Source: a virus
Lineage: Duplodnaviria; Caudoviricetes
DNA length: 34,070 nt
Virus record (IMG/VR): IMGVR_UViG_3300037506_000046
Location: 1-34,070 of that record
Reading direction: 5' to 3' (one strand)
The notes beneath the pieces are model-generated. The model searched no databases. It saw only the letters and a list, made by a program, of their open reading frames with translations, and was not told the origin of the DNA. A program made the translations under genes and the position numbers. Shown here piece by piece: positions 1-8,562 of this stretch; position 1 is the first letter of the stretch; each line of letters begins with the position of its first letter.

Positions 1-57
1 TAAATGCTATATTAATTCGTGGGCTGGCTGATTAGGGCATAAATACTATACTTAATG

Positions 58-94
58 AAAAAAGGCTGCCCATTTTTGAGACAGCCTCTTTTTT
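58..94. terminator. Intrinsic terminator, probably bidirectional; likely the native terminator of the target tRNA gene
   Basis: Minus strand reads AGGCTGTC-TCAAAAATG-GGCAGCCT-TTTTT; T-runs flank both sides; lies directly after the tRNA 3' remnant. Confidence 0.75.
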
Positions 95-109
95 GTAGCG
101 GGAACGGGA
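95..109 (-). other. Candidate att core: duplicated 3' end of initiator tRNA-Met
   Basis: Minus strand T-CCCGT-TCCCGCT-A-C matches the T-stem 3' strand, acceptor 3' strand and discriminator of a CGCGGGA-starting tRNA-fMet; the rest of the tRNA is absent. Confidence 0.7.
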
Positions 110-154
110 GCTGGTTAGAACACCTGAAAGAATTATGGCAGATTTTGGCCGCTT

Positions 155-183
155 AAAAAGAGGCCAGGTAGAAACCCGGCCTC
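155..183 (-). terminator. Intrinsic terminator ending the late operon
   Basis: Minus strand GAGGCCGGGT-TTCT-ACCTGGCCTC-TTTTT; 10-bp stem with one G:U pair, about 33 nt after the last gene. Confidence 0.85.
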
Positions 184-216
184 GTAACCAAAACTAACTG
201 CTTATGAGAAAAAAAA

Positions 217-864
217 TTATAGTGTTGTGGAATCTTCTTCATACCAATCTATACGGACAGCCACCTGCCAGGTCCCTGCGGCATCCATAGCTTGCGGATT
301 ACGGATAGCAAGCAATTGACCTGGTTCTAAAACAATGGGTGCGGATTCGTTGGCATTGAACTCAAATACCTCCTCAAAGAAGTTACCGGCCGCTCCAACA
401 TGGACCAATGGCATGATGGCAAATTCGTTTGTTTCAAAAGTGATACTTGTAACCGTCAATGCTCCTGTTGTTGAAATTCTTATATCACCCCCCTGTGCTG
501 ATTCAAATTCAGAATTGTTGGAGGTAGAGTGTTTTTTGGCAACCGTTGCAATAGCTGTACCACCGGTAGCGTTAGCACCAGAACCTCTGTATATAGCCAA
601 TCTACGGCCAGCAGTTATTGGAGTAGTGTATGCCACTATTGTTGTATATGCAATTCTTACCCTTTCAATTCTGGCTTTTTTTGTTCCTGCCCCAGGGTCA
701 AACCTCATGGCAAAAATTGAACTGTTAGCTGCTAAAGCAGCCGCAATTGTTCCAGTTACTGCTGAAATTGCGAAAGCGTTACCTCTTTGCTGAATTGATA
801 CCAATGCAGCGTTCTTGCCTGTCACTTCTGCTAAATTGCCTGTTGTTGCTCCCTGATGTACCAT
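217..864 (-). CDS. Hypothetical protein, probable beta-rich virion accessory protein (215 aa)
   Basis: Ala/Thr/Gly-rich with beta-strand pattern; coupled to the upstream gene; last gene of the late operon. Confidence 0.6.
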   Translation of the reverse strand: MVHQGATTGNLAEVTGKNAALVSIQQRGNAFAISAVTGTIAAALAANSSIFAMRFDPGAGTKKARIERVRIAYTTIVAYTTPITAGRRLAIYRGSGANATGGTAIATVAKKHSTSNNSEFESAQGGDIRISTTGALTVTSITFETNEFAIMPLVHVGAAGNFFEEVFEFNANESAPIVLEPGQLLAIRNPQAMDAAGTWQVAVRIDWYEEDSTTL

Positions 865-865
865 A

Positions 866-1264
866 TTAACCTATTGAATAGTTGAATTTAATATTGCCCA
901 TTACCGGACTTTTTACGGCCTGCCAATAAACTCTTATTGTTGCTGAATCTAATACATAAGCGTTAGCTGTTATCATATCTTCACTTTCATCTGCAAGCGT
1001 TCCTTTGCCCGTATATGGGCCTGCTGACTGTTGAATTAATACAGGTGCCCCGGGGGTTAATCCGGCCAACCCAGTGATATCAAAACTTCCGCTGTAGGTA
1101 GCCTTTGCACCAAGATTCTTTTCAATGGTACTTAGTGAAAGACTCCCTGCAGGGGCATTAAGTAGTTGTTCCAGATAGCTCTTAATCAGAACATAGTTAT
1201 ACTTGTGCTGATTTGCCGACATGGAGCCGGGAAATGATTGATATAGTTTTACCTCTGTTGCCAA
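866..1264 (-). CDS. Hypothetical protein resembling a phage fibre/structural C-terminal module (132 aa, TTG start)
   Basis: SGSFDITG...PVLIQQSAGPYTGKGTLADE...IRVYW...GNIKFNY pattern; abuts both neighbours. Confidence 0.55.
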   Translation of the reverse strand: MATEVKLYQSFPGSMSANQHKYNYVLIKSYLEQLLNAPAGSLSLSTIEKNLGAKATYSGSFDITGLAGLTPGAPVLIQQSAGPYTGKGTLADESEDMITANAYVLDSATIRVYWQAVKSPVMGNIKFNYSIG

Positions 1265-1267
1265 AAT

Positions 1268-1609
1268 TTAAGAATCCTTTTTTTCTTCCTCATAAGGTTT
1301 AGCACCTTCGCCTGTATTATTGTTATCGCCTAAAAATGAATACGGATTAATTCCAGCCTGTTGACTTAGCTTCTCATATTTCAACAACTCAATTAACTGC
1401 TGTACAGTCATCAGTCCGGCCATTAATATAAAAAGCATGGAAAAAAGAAACACAACTTTAAACTGCGTTTCTGTCAATCCTGACTGATTACCTATTACAA
1501 TTGCGCTTATGCCGAAAGCATACTGGAAAGCCCGGCGGTATGAAAATTTACCATCCTTGCCCTCCCAGCTTTTGCGGAAGTAATCCCATATCGCTTTTAA
1601 CCACTTCAT
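1268..1609 (-). CDS. Putative holin (113 aa)
   Basis: Two hydrophobic segments, DGKFSYRR motif, charged C-terminus; ATGA overlap with the endolysin stop. Confidence 0.7.
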   Translation of the reverse strand: MKWLKAIWDYFRKSWEGKDGKFSYRRAFQYAFGISAIVIGNQSGLTETQFKVVFLFSMLFILMAGLMTVQQLIELLKYEKLSQQAGINPYSFLGDNNNTGEGAKPYEEEKKDS

Positions 1610-2160
1610 TTCAGGCCGTCATATTTAATTAGAATATTGGCAATGGCCGCCCCGAGCGGATGCTCGTTTAGCAAATACCTGTCTATGTCGGATTTGTTGG
1701 TAATAAAGCCAACTTCTAATAATCCGTTAATGCCCTGCTCCCGCATGATCGCCAATTTCCCAACATGGCTTTGCGTTTCATCTTTCACACCCCTGTTTTT
1801 TACACCGAGGATAGAGCTGGTCAATTTAGCCAGTTCAAAGCCGAATTGTTGCTCAATAACATATTCTTTAGTCCAGCTTCGGTTGGGGATAATCATTGTA
1901 CAGCCATTGGCAGTAGGAGGGCCAGCATCAAAATGAACTTCAAACACCACACTGCCATCACCGGTCTGAATCCTTTTCAGGTATTCAGATAGCGTTTCCC
2001 GATCATCATCCTGAACGAAATCTTTACCTTCCTGTAATCCTCTTGCTTTTAGATTGGCAACAATAATATCACGGAGCCTTTTTGTAAGGTCTGCCTCACG
2101 GTAGCCGTTGCCAACTGCTCCGGGGTCTGCATTGTGATGGCCTGCTGAAACGAATATCAT
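1606..2160 (-). CDS. Endolysin, N-acetylmuramoyl-L-alanine amidase (Amidase_3 family)
   Basis: IFVSAGH...DPGA, E, EVHFDA and LLEVGFITN zinc-amidase motifs; start moved to ATG 2160 (ATGA overlap with upstream stop). Confidence 0.92.
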   Translation of the reverse strand: MIFVSAGHHNADPGAVGNGYREADLTKRLRDIIVANLKARGLQEGKDFVQDDDRETLSEYLKRIQTGDGSVVFEVHFDAGPPTANGCTMIIPNRSWTKEYVIEQQFGFELAKLTSSILGVKNRGVKDETQSHVGKLAIMREQGINGLLEVGFITNKSDIDRYLLNEHPLGAAIANILIKYDGLK

Positions 2161-2873
2161 AGCTTTAATTTTGATTGAATAAATAATGTTATCCCTGCCG
2201 TCAGTGCCGGTTTTATCCACTTATTCCAGGCGGTTGTCTTTTTTTTAAGTACAATACTGTTCATCCCGGTATTATGAAATAATGGATTGCTGTTGATGGC
2301 CTGCGCTACTGTTTCCCTTTTGAACAGTCCAGTCTTTTTTTCTGCTATTCTGAAACTGATAGTGTTTTGCAGCCTCAAAGAATCAATCATTACACCGGTT
2401 AGCAATACCTTGCCATGCAGTGAATAATTTGAATCATTCACTGCAAAGCTTCGTGGAGGGATAATTACGCTGTCTTTATGAACGAGTGTGTCGTTTGTAT
2501 AATAATCTTCCAGCTTTACAGGATTATCGGTTGTGTACGGAATTGTATCATCAACTATGTCAACCTGCTGATTTGCTTTTACCAGGGCCTTCACTTCCTT
2601 TATCTTTCTTTCCATGCCTTTTTTCAGGTCAAATAACTGCGCTGATAGTTTCTTCAATTCGTCCTTGTCATTTGTTTCGGCTACTTTTTGTTCAACCACC
2701 TTAATACCCTTGTTATTCTTGAACGAATCAATAACCTGATTTTGATAGGTGTATTTTCCTTTCCAGTTTTCAGCGTCAATAGCATTGTTGCGGCATTGAC
2801 GGATGGAAAAGAACAGGGCAATTGCTGCAACAAACAGCCCCATTTTTGACAGTGTTATTCTTTTTGGTTTCAT
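2157..2873 (-). CDS. Putative spanin-like lysis protein
   Basis: N-terminal hydrophobic stretch ending in IRQC, coiled coil, beta region, hydrophobic C-terminus; coupled to the endolysin; start at ATG 2873. Confidence 0.55.
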   Translation of the reverse strand: MKPKRITLSKMGLFVAAIALFFSIRQCRNNAIDAENWKGKYTYQNQVIDSFKNNKGIKVVEQKVAETNDKDELKKLSAQLFDLKKGMERKIKEVKALVKANQQVDIVDDTIPYTTDNPVKLEDYYTNDTLVHKDSVIIPPRSFAVNDSNYSLHGKVLLTGVMIDSLRLQNTISFRIAEKKTGLFKRETVAQAINSNPLFHNTGMNSIVLKKKTTAWNKWIKPALTAGITLFIQSKLKL

Positions 2874-2877
2874 GTTT

Positions 2878-3171
2878 TTATTTTGCAATTGACTGGGCAA
2901 TTAGGCTGATAATCTTTGATATTGTAATACCGCCGCCGATACCGGCACCAATTGCAAGCCAGATCATTTTATTCCACTTTTTTTCCATCGCTTCAAGTCT
3001 ATCCTCATGATCTTTAACCTGGTTAATAATTCCGTTCTTTTCATTGAACTCATTACCAAGGAGCGCATCTCTTATTTGCTTTAATTCTACACTTTGCTCG
3101 GATAACTCCTTTTTAATTGAGTCCACTTTTTTGGATAGTTCAATCAGTTCCATATTTTCAGATGTATTCAC
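2878..3171 (-). CDS. Coiled-coil protein with C-terminal transmembrane segment (holin/antiholin-like, 97 aa)
   Basis: Heptad-rich N-terminus, MIWLAIGAGIGGGITI transmembrane segment; within the lysis cassette. Confidence 0.55.
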   Translation of the reverse strand: MNTSENMELIELSKKVDSIKKELSEQSVELKQIRDALLGNEFNEKNGIINQVKDHEDRLEAMEKKWNKMIWLAIGAGIGGGITISKIISLIAQSIAK

Positions 3172-3173
3172 GG

Positions 3174-3638
3174 TTAAATAAGTAGGGTAAAGAATATTAT
3201 GTTTAGCAATACAATTGCCGATACACAGATAGCGGCCTTTACTTTCCCGGCTTTGCTTCCAAACTTTTTAATCAGCCAATTATCTGTATCTGCTGTTTCG
3301 CCAATATAATCCCACCGCTGGCCGATTTGCATGGCATACTTAATATCAAAAACAAGCCAATACCAAAAGCCTGTACTGGCAAATGATATTATGAATACAA
3401 ACATCTTGATTGGCAGAGAACTGGTAATGGTAGTTGTATAAACTATGGCAATCGTTACCATGATAACACCAACTGCCACCGCTCCGCTTTTGTGAGCAAT
3501 ATCTAATTGCTCCTTTTTCCGGAAGCTGTCCATCAGGTAATTTCTGTAACCCCAAGACCAGGCTGCTTCCTCAATGGCAGAAATGAAGGCGTAAGCAGCG
3601 AACAGAATTTGAATCAGGATAAACATTATTTGTAACAA
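3174..3638 (-). CDS. Integral membrane protein with about 4 TM segments (154 aa)
   Basis: Four long hydrophobic segments; overlaps the upstream gene. Confidence 0.7.
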   Translation of the reverse strand: MLQIMFILIQILFAAYAFISAIEEAAWSWGYRNYLMDSFRKKEQLDIAHKSGAVAVGVIMVTIAIVYTTTITSSLPIKMFVFIISFASTGFWYWLVFDIKYAMQIGQRWDYIGETADTDNWLIKKFGSKAGKVKAAICVSAIVLLNIIFFTLLI

Positions 3639-4102
3639 TTATATGGTCCGTCAATAATTAGGCAATTTTTTTCCAGACTATCCCACAGATATTTTGCACC
3701 AACTTTTTCATAATGTGCCTTGTCAACTATTTTATCGTTGTTCCATTTGACACTTCCGGGCTTTGAGCCAATAGATGCCATAGCTGAAGCAAGTAGTACA
3801 AACAGGCCAATGTTAACGGCCACTCCACCTTTATTCCCAAGGAATAAGAGTCTATCAGTTTTGACGAGATATACTACTACACCGGCAATGACAATCAGTA
3901 TTATTCCGAATACTGTCCACCCTCGTTGCCCGGCTTCGTTGGCGTAATGAAAAGCCTGCCCCCAGGTAGGGGAGATCACTACTTTTTCAACTCCGTTTTC
4001 GGTAAATTTTTTGTCAGGGCTTCCTGAAGGTGAATTACCACAGGATGAAAATGTCAATGAGATGCAGGTTGCAATGATTGTTAATAAAATAATCTTTTTC
4101 AT
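3626..4102 (-). CDS. Predicted lipoprotein with two internal TM helices (158 aa)
   Basis: MKKII...LTFSS-C lipobox-like signal; WTVFGIILIVIAGVVVYLV and VAVNIGLFVLLASAMASIG segments. Confidence 0.65.
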   Translation of the reverse strand: MKKIILLTIIATCISLTFSSCGNSPSGSPDKKFTENGVEKVVISPTWGQAFHYANEAGQRGWTVFGIILIVIAGVVVYLVKTDRLLFLGNKGGVAVNIGLFVLLASAMASIGSKPGSVKWNNDKIVDKAHYEKVGAKYLWDSLEKNCLIIDGPYNCYK

Positions 4103-4114
4103 GTGTTTTAGTTT

Positions 4115-4408
4115 TTATTGATTAAAAATATTGTCTTCGATATGGAAGCTGTTTATCTTGTCTTGAAATACATCAAAACCGCAATTCCCCTTTAAGAAAG
4201 TTGTAATTGCGTTAGTAAGGTCATGCACTAATTGAGGGTCTGATACTACCAGCCCCATCTCTTCAAACTTCTGCTCAAAAAGCAACAAATCATCTTCATG
4301 TTGAATTGATAAGAACAAGTTCTTTGAATTGCAATTTATCGTTGTAATTGTCTTGCGATTTGTATCGGTTTGAATTATACTGCCTTGCTTTGTTACAAAG
4401 TGTTTCAT
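4115..4408 (-). CDS. Hypothetical protein (97 aa)
   Basis: ATG with A-rich leader; fills the gap between neighbours; AT-rich. Confidence 0.6.
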   Translation of the reverse strand: MKHFVTKQGSIIQTDTNRKTITTINCNSKNLFLSIQHEDDLLLFEQKFEEMGLVVSDPQLVHDLTNAITTFLKGNCGFDVFQDKINSFHIEDNIFNQ

Positions 4409-4421
4409 AAAAAATTATTTA

Positions 4422-5654
4422 TTAATTAACTATCCATCCTTGACCTTGAAGATATGCACGGGAACTTGCGCTGTTCTCCGAAGCATTGGTATTCCACCAT
4501 TGTACATCTAACCTGCCGCCTAATAGAGGTATAACATTATCAAGCGCAACTGCAAGCATATTATATATGTCGTCAATTTCTTGGGTACTATAGTTTTGTC
4601 CACCAAATGCGTTGCCATACATTATATTGAACAGTCTATTAACTTTTGGAAATAAAAGTGCGTTTGGATTAAATGGCTTTGACCTAAATCTGAATAAAAT
4701 CACCTTTAAGTTTGGAAATAATCCCTGACCTATTCCACTATCATCAATTCCAAATACATTCTGACCAATAATTGCACTATGGTCAACATGTATCCCTGCT
4801 AATCTGCCTTTATTTGGCAGATTGTAAAGAATACTTGAAAAATCCCCATCTGCGGTTACCTGTGACACTTCATTATAGTTGGCTTCCGCTAAAAAAAGGA
4901 AAACAACGTTGGTTAGTTCTGAAATATTAAGATTGTTTACATTAATATTATCATTAACCATTCCATTTGTAATGAATACAAGTTGTTCAGTATTTAAGGG
5001 AAATTTTCCTCTTATATTTTTCATGGAAGTTGGTCTGTGACCAGGGCCTAAACCATTTAAACCACCACTGCCACCGTCAATATAACCTGAACTTAATCCA
5101 ACTATACCTGCGTGCAAATCAGTGTCGTTATGGAATATAGTTACTGTTTTCTCAATTGCTCCAACATTAAATGAATATATTTTAGCATTATAATTAACAG
5201 TTTCTCCTATTGCTGATTTAGTCATTGAATAAGAAGCACCTATACCGTAATAGGTAGCCGTAGAAAAATTATATGGAGAAGAATTTGCTTGATTAATCAT
5301 ATCATCAACAAGAATATAATCAGTTGGGTTGCATACTAAGTTGCACCAATTAGTTACATCTACTTGCCAAAATCTTAATCCAGTAACTGAGTATAGTGGT
5401 TCTTCTCCCGGATTGGCGACAAACTTAAACTCAAAATCATAACTGCCTTGTTTTAACGTTCCCCTTAACTGATTTGCAGGATCATCATTCCACAATGTGA
5501 TGTACTCATAAGGACTTTCAGCTATGCCTAAATATTCTCCCTCTACATTGAATACACCGACAGGGTAAGATGGAGTGATTCTGTCTGTAAAAGTTCTCAT
5601 CAGACAGCTAACTCCGCAAGTTCCGCATGGTGCTATGGCATTTTCAAAGTACAT
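4422..5654 (-). CDS. Putative fibre/receptor-binding structural protein with LRR-like repeats (410 aa)
   Basis: LxxL-type repeats (ISELTNVVFL, FPNLKVILF); C-terminal EIDDIYNML...YLQGQGWIVN cap; follows the adaptor gene. Confidence 0.5.
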   Translation of the reverse strand: MYFENAIAPCGTCGVSCLMRTFTDRITPSYPVGVFNVEGEYLGIAESPYEYITLWNDDPANQLRGTLKQGSYDFEFKFVANPGEEPLYSVTGLRFWQVDVTNWCNLVCNPTDYILVDDMINQANSSPYNFSTATYYGIGASYSMTKSAIGETVNYNAKIYSFNVGAIEKTVTIFHNDTDLHAGIVGLSSGYIDGGSGGLNGLGPGHRPTSMKNIRGKFPLNTEQLVFITNGMVNDNINVNNLNISELTNVVFLFLAEANYNEVSQVTADGDFSSILYNLPNKGRLAGIHVDHSAIIGQNVFGIDDSGIGQGLFPNLKVILFRFRSKPFNPNALLFPKVNRLFNIMYGNAFGGQNYSTQEIDDIYNMLAVALDNVIPLLGGRLDVQWWNTNASENSASSRAYLQGQGWIVN

Positions 5655-5662
5655 TCTATAAA

Positions 5663-6355
5663 TTATTTAATCACAACATTCAGTTTTTGTTCATCTGCAT
5701 AAGGATTAACCCAGGCAGTCTTTCTTTTGTAACTCACTCCATTCTTATCATTACATGCACACTCTTTGCAATCGTACAATGGAAAGTTTTCCTTGTTATC
5801 GCATATCCATTCGTGCATTGATTCAATCAGCGGGTCAATCCTGTCCATCAGCAGCTTGTCCATCTTCCACTTTACGTCTTTGCTTTCTGCACTCACTGCT
5901 CCCTGCCCTTCATTGGTAATTGTCTTAGGGTTGTTTTGCATTTCCCCGGCAGATGAATATCTCAGGTAATTAGTAGGCGTTGCTACATATACTACACACT
6001 CAGCTACCAGCTTCCACAGATGCTCATACCATAATTGCTTATACCAGTTATCGGTAACGAACTCAATTGCATTTACCAATTGACCTTCTGAAAGAACTAC
6101 CGGCTCACCACTATTACCAACATTTATCAGACCTTCCAGATATGCTTTATTAATTGCCGTTACCTCTACATTTTTTTGGTCACGAAACTCATAGTACATG
6201 GCCTTGCAGATAGCTTTTTTTATAAATCGTTCTTCAGCTATCTGAATAGCCAATATCAGGTTGCGAGGGTCAACTGTACCGTCAACCGGTCCCAGCTGGA
6301 TTACCTCGTCACTTGTTATTAGCACCTTCCGTGGAAGTAGGTTGACCCTGTACAT
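5663..6355 (-). CDS. Putative head-tail adaptor (230 aa)
   Basis: Helical; LITSDEV...VDPRNL...IQIAEERFIK..I...MY pattern; directly after the portal gene. Confidence 0.6.
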   Translation of the reverse strand: MYRVNLLPRKVLITSDEVIQLGPVDGTVDPRNLILAIQIAEERFIKKAICKAMYYEFRDQKNVEVTAINKAYLEGLINVGNSGEPVVLSEGQLVNAIEFVTDNWYKQLWYEHLWKLVAECVVYVATPTNYLRYSSAGEMQNNPKTITNEGQGAVSAESKDVKWKMDKLLMDRIDPLIESMHEWICDNKENFPLYDCKECACNDKNGVSYKRKTAWVNPYADEQKLNVVIK

Positions 6356-7712
6356 CAGTTTTATTTTTTGCTTTCATTTCCGATAAATACTTATCGCCGT
6401 TCTTTTCGTCCGGCTCCAGTCTTGCCAGTTCCCTGGCTTCATTCACTTTCATAAAATCTTCCGGCTTCAGATCACCAAGGAAGCTGAAAGGCATATCAGA
6501 ATGAATAGTGAATTGATACCCTGCCACCTCCTTTACTCCATACCAGGCACTGTATATTTTCATCACAGGCATTACAACTTTGTCAATAAGTCTCTTCCGG
6601 AGTGGTTTGAGCAGGGAGGATTCTTTTACATCAAATATTGACCTGATATAAGAACTGCCATTACCAAGGGAGCTATCCCTGTTAATACCTGCAAGCGTAC
6701 TATCCCAGCCGTTAGCAGCAATGATTTTTTCCTCAATCCTTTTGTCCAGTTCAATATAACTGCCTTCTTTTTGCGTGTCGTAAGGCTTCCAATCCACATC
6801 ATCTAATCCTGTTTCAGAAGATAATACTGCTATACGGCCGGTCTTACCTTCGCCGACATGAGATAGCAATATCTCTTTTGCATTGCGATTTGCCTCTTCC
6901 TGTGTCATGGATGATTTGAATATCAGCATACCACCGAGGACCATGTTATTCTCAAAATTGTCAATATTGTACTGTGCGGATTTCCCCTCAAGTACCTGGT
7001 AACGTAGCCCGGATATTGAAGCCGGAAGTCCGTAATGTTCAATGCCACTTAAATCATTTTTGAAATGAATGGCCGTGCTTTCGGTGCCATCAGCATTTTT
7101 TACCCACACTTTTTTTTGGTCAAGTTCATTGGCAGACCACAGAGGTATTTTCCTGACTGCCTTATTAAGATCAACAATCCCGTTTTTTGCAAACGATTTT
7201 GACACCAACACAGCTATAGGATATCCGGTAGTTTCATCCTCTTCCTCCAGGCGGCAATGCAGCATTGAGTGCAGGTATATCTTTACAAACTTTTTCCCGG
7301 CAAAATCACCCCTTACAACTTCAATAAACTGATTACCATGTGTACGTTCACCGTCAATTATATTCAGCAGCACTTCATCTAATGACTGCTCTTTATTATT
7401 GACAGTTTGCATCCATGCCAGCAGGTTCTTATCTGGATTTTCCAGATCAATAAATGACAAGCCCTTTCCGATTACACTCTGTGCAATGGAAGTGATACAG
7501 GCATTTTGAGTAGTAGATGTGAGACGGGCTTCTAAAAGAAGATTGGGCAGATTGTCTTTTCTGCCCAAAAACGGGATATACTTTTTGCCCTTGACAATAC
7601 TAAAGCTGTTACCCGCATACTGAATTGGTATGGGGTTTTTAGGGTCTAACTTGATTTCATTTCTGATAGTAAGTTTAACCTCAACATTCTGTTTTGGTTT
7701 GTTATCAAGCAT
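6309..7712 (-). CDS. Portal protein (467 aa)
   Basis: STTQNACI...VIGKG, HYGLPA, NFENNMVLGGML, GEGKTGRI, IIAANG...LAGI and MKVNEARELARL portal-type motifs; size fits. Confidence 0.85.
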   Translation of the reverse strand: MLDNKPKQNVEVKLTIRNEIKLDPKNPIPIQYAGNSFSIVKGKKYIPFLGRKDNLPNLLLEARLTSTTQNACITSIAQSVIGKGLSFIDLENPDKNLLAWMQTVNNKEQSLDEVLLNIIDGERTHGNQFIEVVRGDFAGKKFVKIYLHSMLHCRLEEEDETTGYPIAVLVSKSFAKNGIVDLNKAVRKIPLWSANELDQKKVWVKNADGTESTAIHFKNDLSGIEHYGLPASISGLRYQVLEGKSAQYNIDNFENNMVLGGMLIFKSSMTQEEANRNAKEILLSHVGEGKTGRIAVLSSETGLDDVDWKPYDTQKEGSYIELDKRIEEKIIAANGWDSTLAGINRDSSLGNGSSYIRSIFDVKESSLLKPLRKRLIDKVVMPVMKIYSAWYGVKEVAGYQFTIHSDMPFSFLGDLKPEDFMKVNEARELARLEPDEKNGDKYLSEMKAKNKTDVQGQPTSTEGANNK

Positions 7713-7719
7713 TGATTAC

Positions 7720-7938
7720 TCACTTAGCTGTTTTTTCTTTCTCAAATTTTTGTCCCTTGATATTTTTGATTTCTTCAAGAGTTGGAACTTCTTCAAACAG
7801 ATCAAGAATATTCCTGTTGTTGTGAGCAATAGCACCTTCCAGTAATAAATGGAGGTCTTTACGCTGGCCTAACGGCTTTGAGCTATTATTGAACCCGATA
7901 ACAACATCGGCATTCTCATTTTTTAATTTAATAGGCAT
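7720..7938 (-). CDS. Hypothetical protein (72 aa)
   Basis: Fills the gap between the tail tube and portal genes. Confidence 0.65.
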   Translation of the reverse strand: MPIKLKNENADVVIGFNNSSKPLGQRKDLHLLLEGAIAHNNRNILDLFEEVPTLEEIKNIKGQKFEKEKTAK

Positions 7939-7949
7939 ACTTCAATTTT

Positions 7950-8540
7950 TTATGGCATGAATCCCTGAATGGCTGCAAATCCACCTGTAAACTCATAGGC
8001 TGAGCGGGAATAAGCACCTTTGACTACCAAATCCTGTCCGTTGAAAGAAGAAAACTTTTGTCCTGTAGTTTGTTTGGAACCGTCCTGACGAAGTTTAAAC
8101 TTCGGAATCAGTACACTATTCACATACTTTTCACCGGCAACGAATATTTTACCGTCGTTGTTTCTCCAGATGAATACCAACTGGCAGCAGGAAGCCGCTG
8201 CATCAATCTTCTTATTGAAGTTGGTCATAGCCTGGCTCATCTGTGCCATCTTTGCTTTTATCTCATAAGCCCATTCAGAAGATGTTCCTTCAGGATTGCT
8301 TTGTGAGATATCCACAATGATTGAATCTTCCAGCGAATTGATATCATAGAAATAGGCACCGCCTGATGCCGTAGCGCCGGCACGTCTGGCTACAGATGCA
8401 TAACCAGTGGCATCGCCATTCACATCCGGAGCACCTTCGGTAAAATCAAAGTCGTTGGCATCACCAACAAGCAAGATATCTGCTCCACCTACTACAGTGG
8501 AGCAAGTCCTTGTATATCCTCTTACATTACAACCTAACAT
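7950..8540 (-). CDS. Putative major tail (tube) protein (196 aa)
   Basis: C..RG..RTC...VGG N-terminus, LVFIWRNNDGKIFVAG, TTGQKFSSFNG; directly after the capsid gene. Confidence 0.7.
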   Translation of the reverse strand: MLGCNVRGYTRTCSTVVGGADILLVGDANDFDFTEGAPDVNGDATGYASVARRAGATASGGAYFYDINSLEDSIIVDISQSNPEGTSSEWAYEIKAKMAQMSQAMTNFNKKIDAAASCCQLVFIWRNNDGKIFVAGEKYVNSVLIPKFKLRQDGSKQTTGQKFSSFNGQDLVVKGAYSRSAYEFTGGFAAIQGFMP

Positions 8541-8562
8541 GGTTAAAAATTTAATGAGTTAA

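Noticed and set aside
95-170. Intact tRNA gene
   Set aside because: Only the last ~15 nt match; there is no TTCGA loop, anticodon arm or D arm upstream on the minus strand.
335-793. Plus-strand ORFs (also 10016-10501, 10540-10923, 25486-25875 and others)
   Set aside because: Antisense shadows of well-supported minus-strand genes, with no recognisable motifs.
2486-2704. Embedded o-spanin within the spanin-like gene
   Set aside because: On the opposite strand and has no lipoprotein signal.
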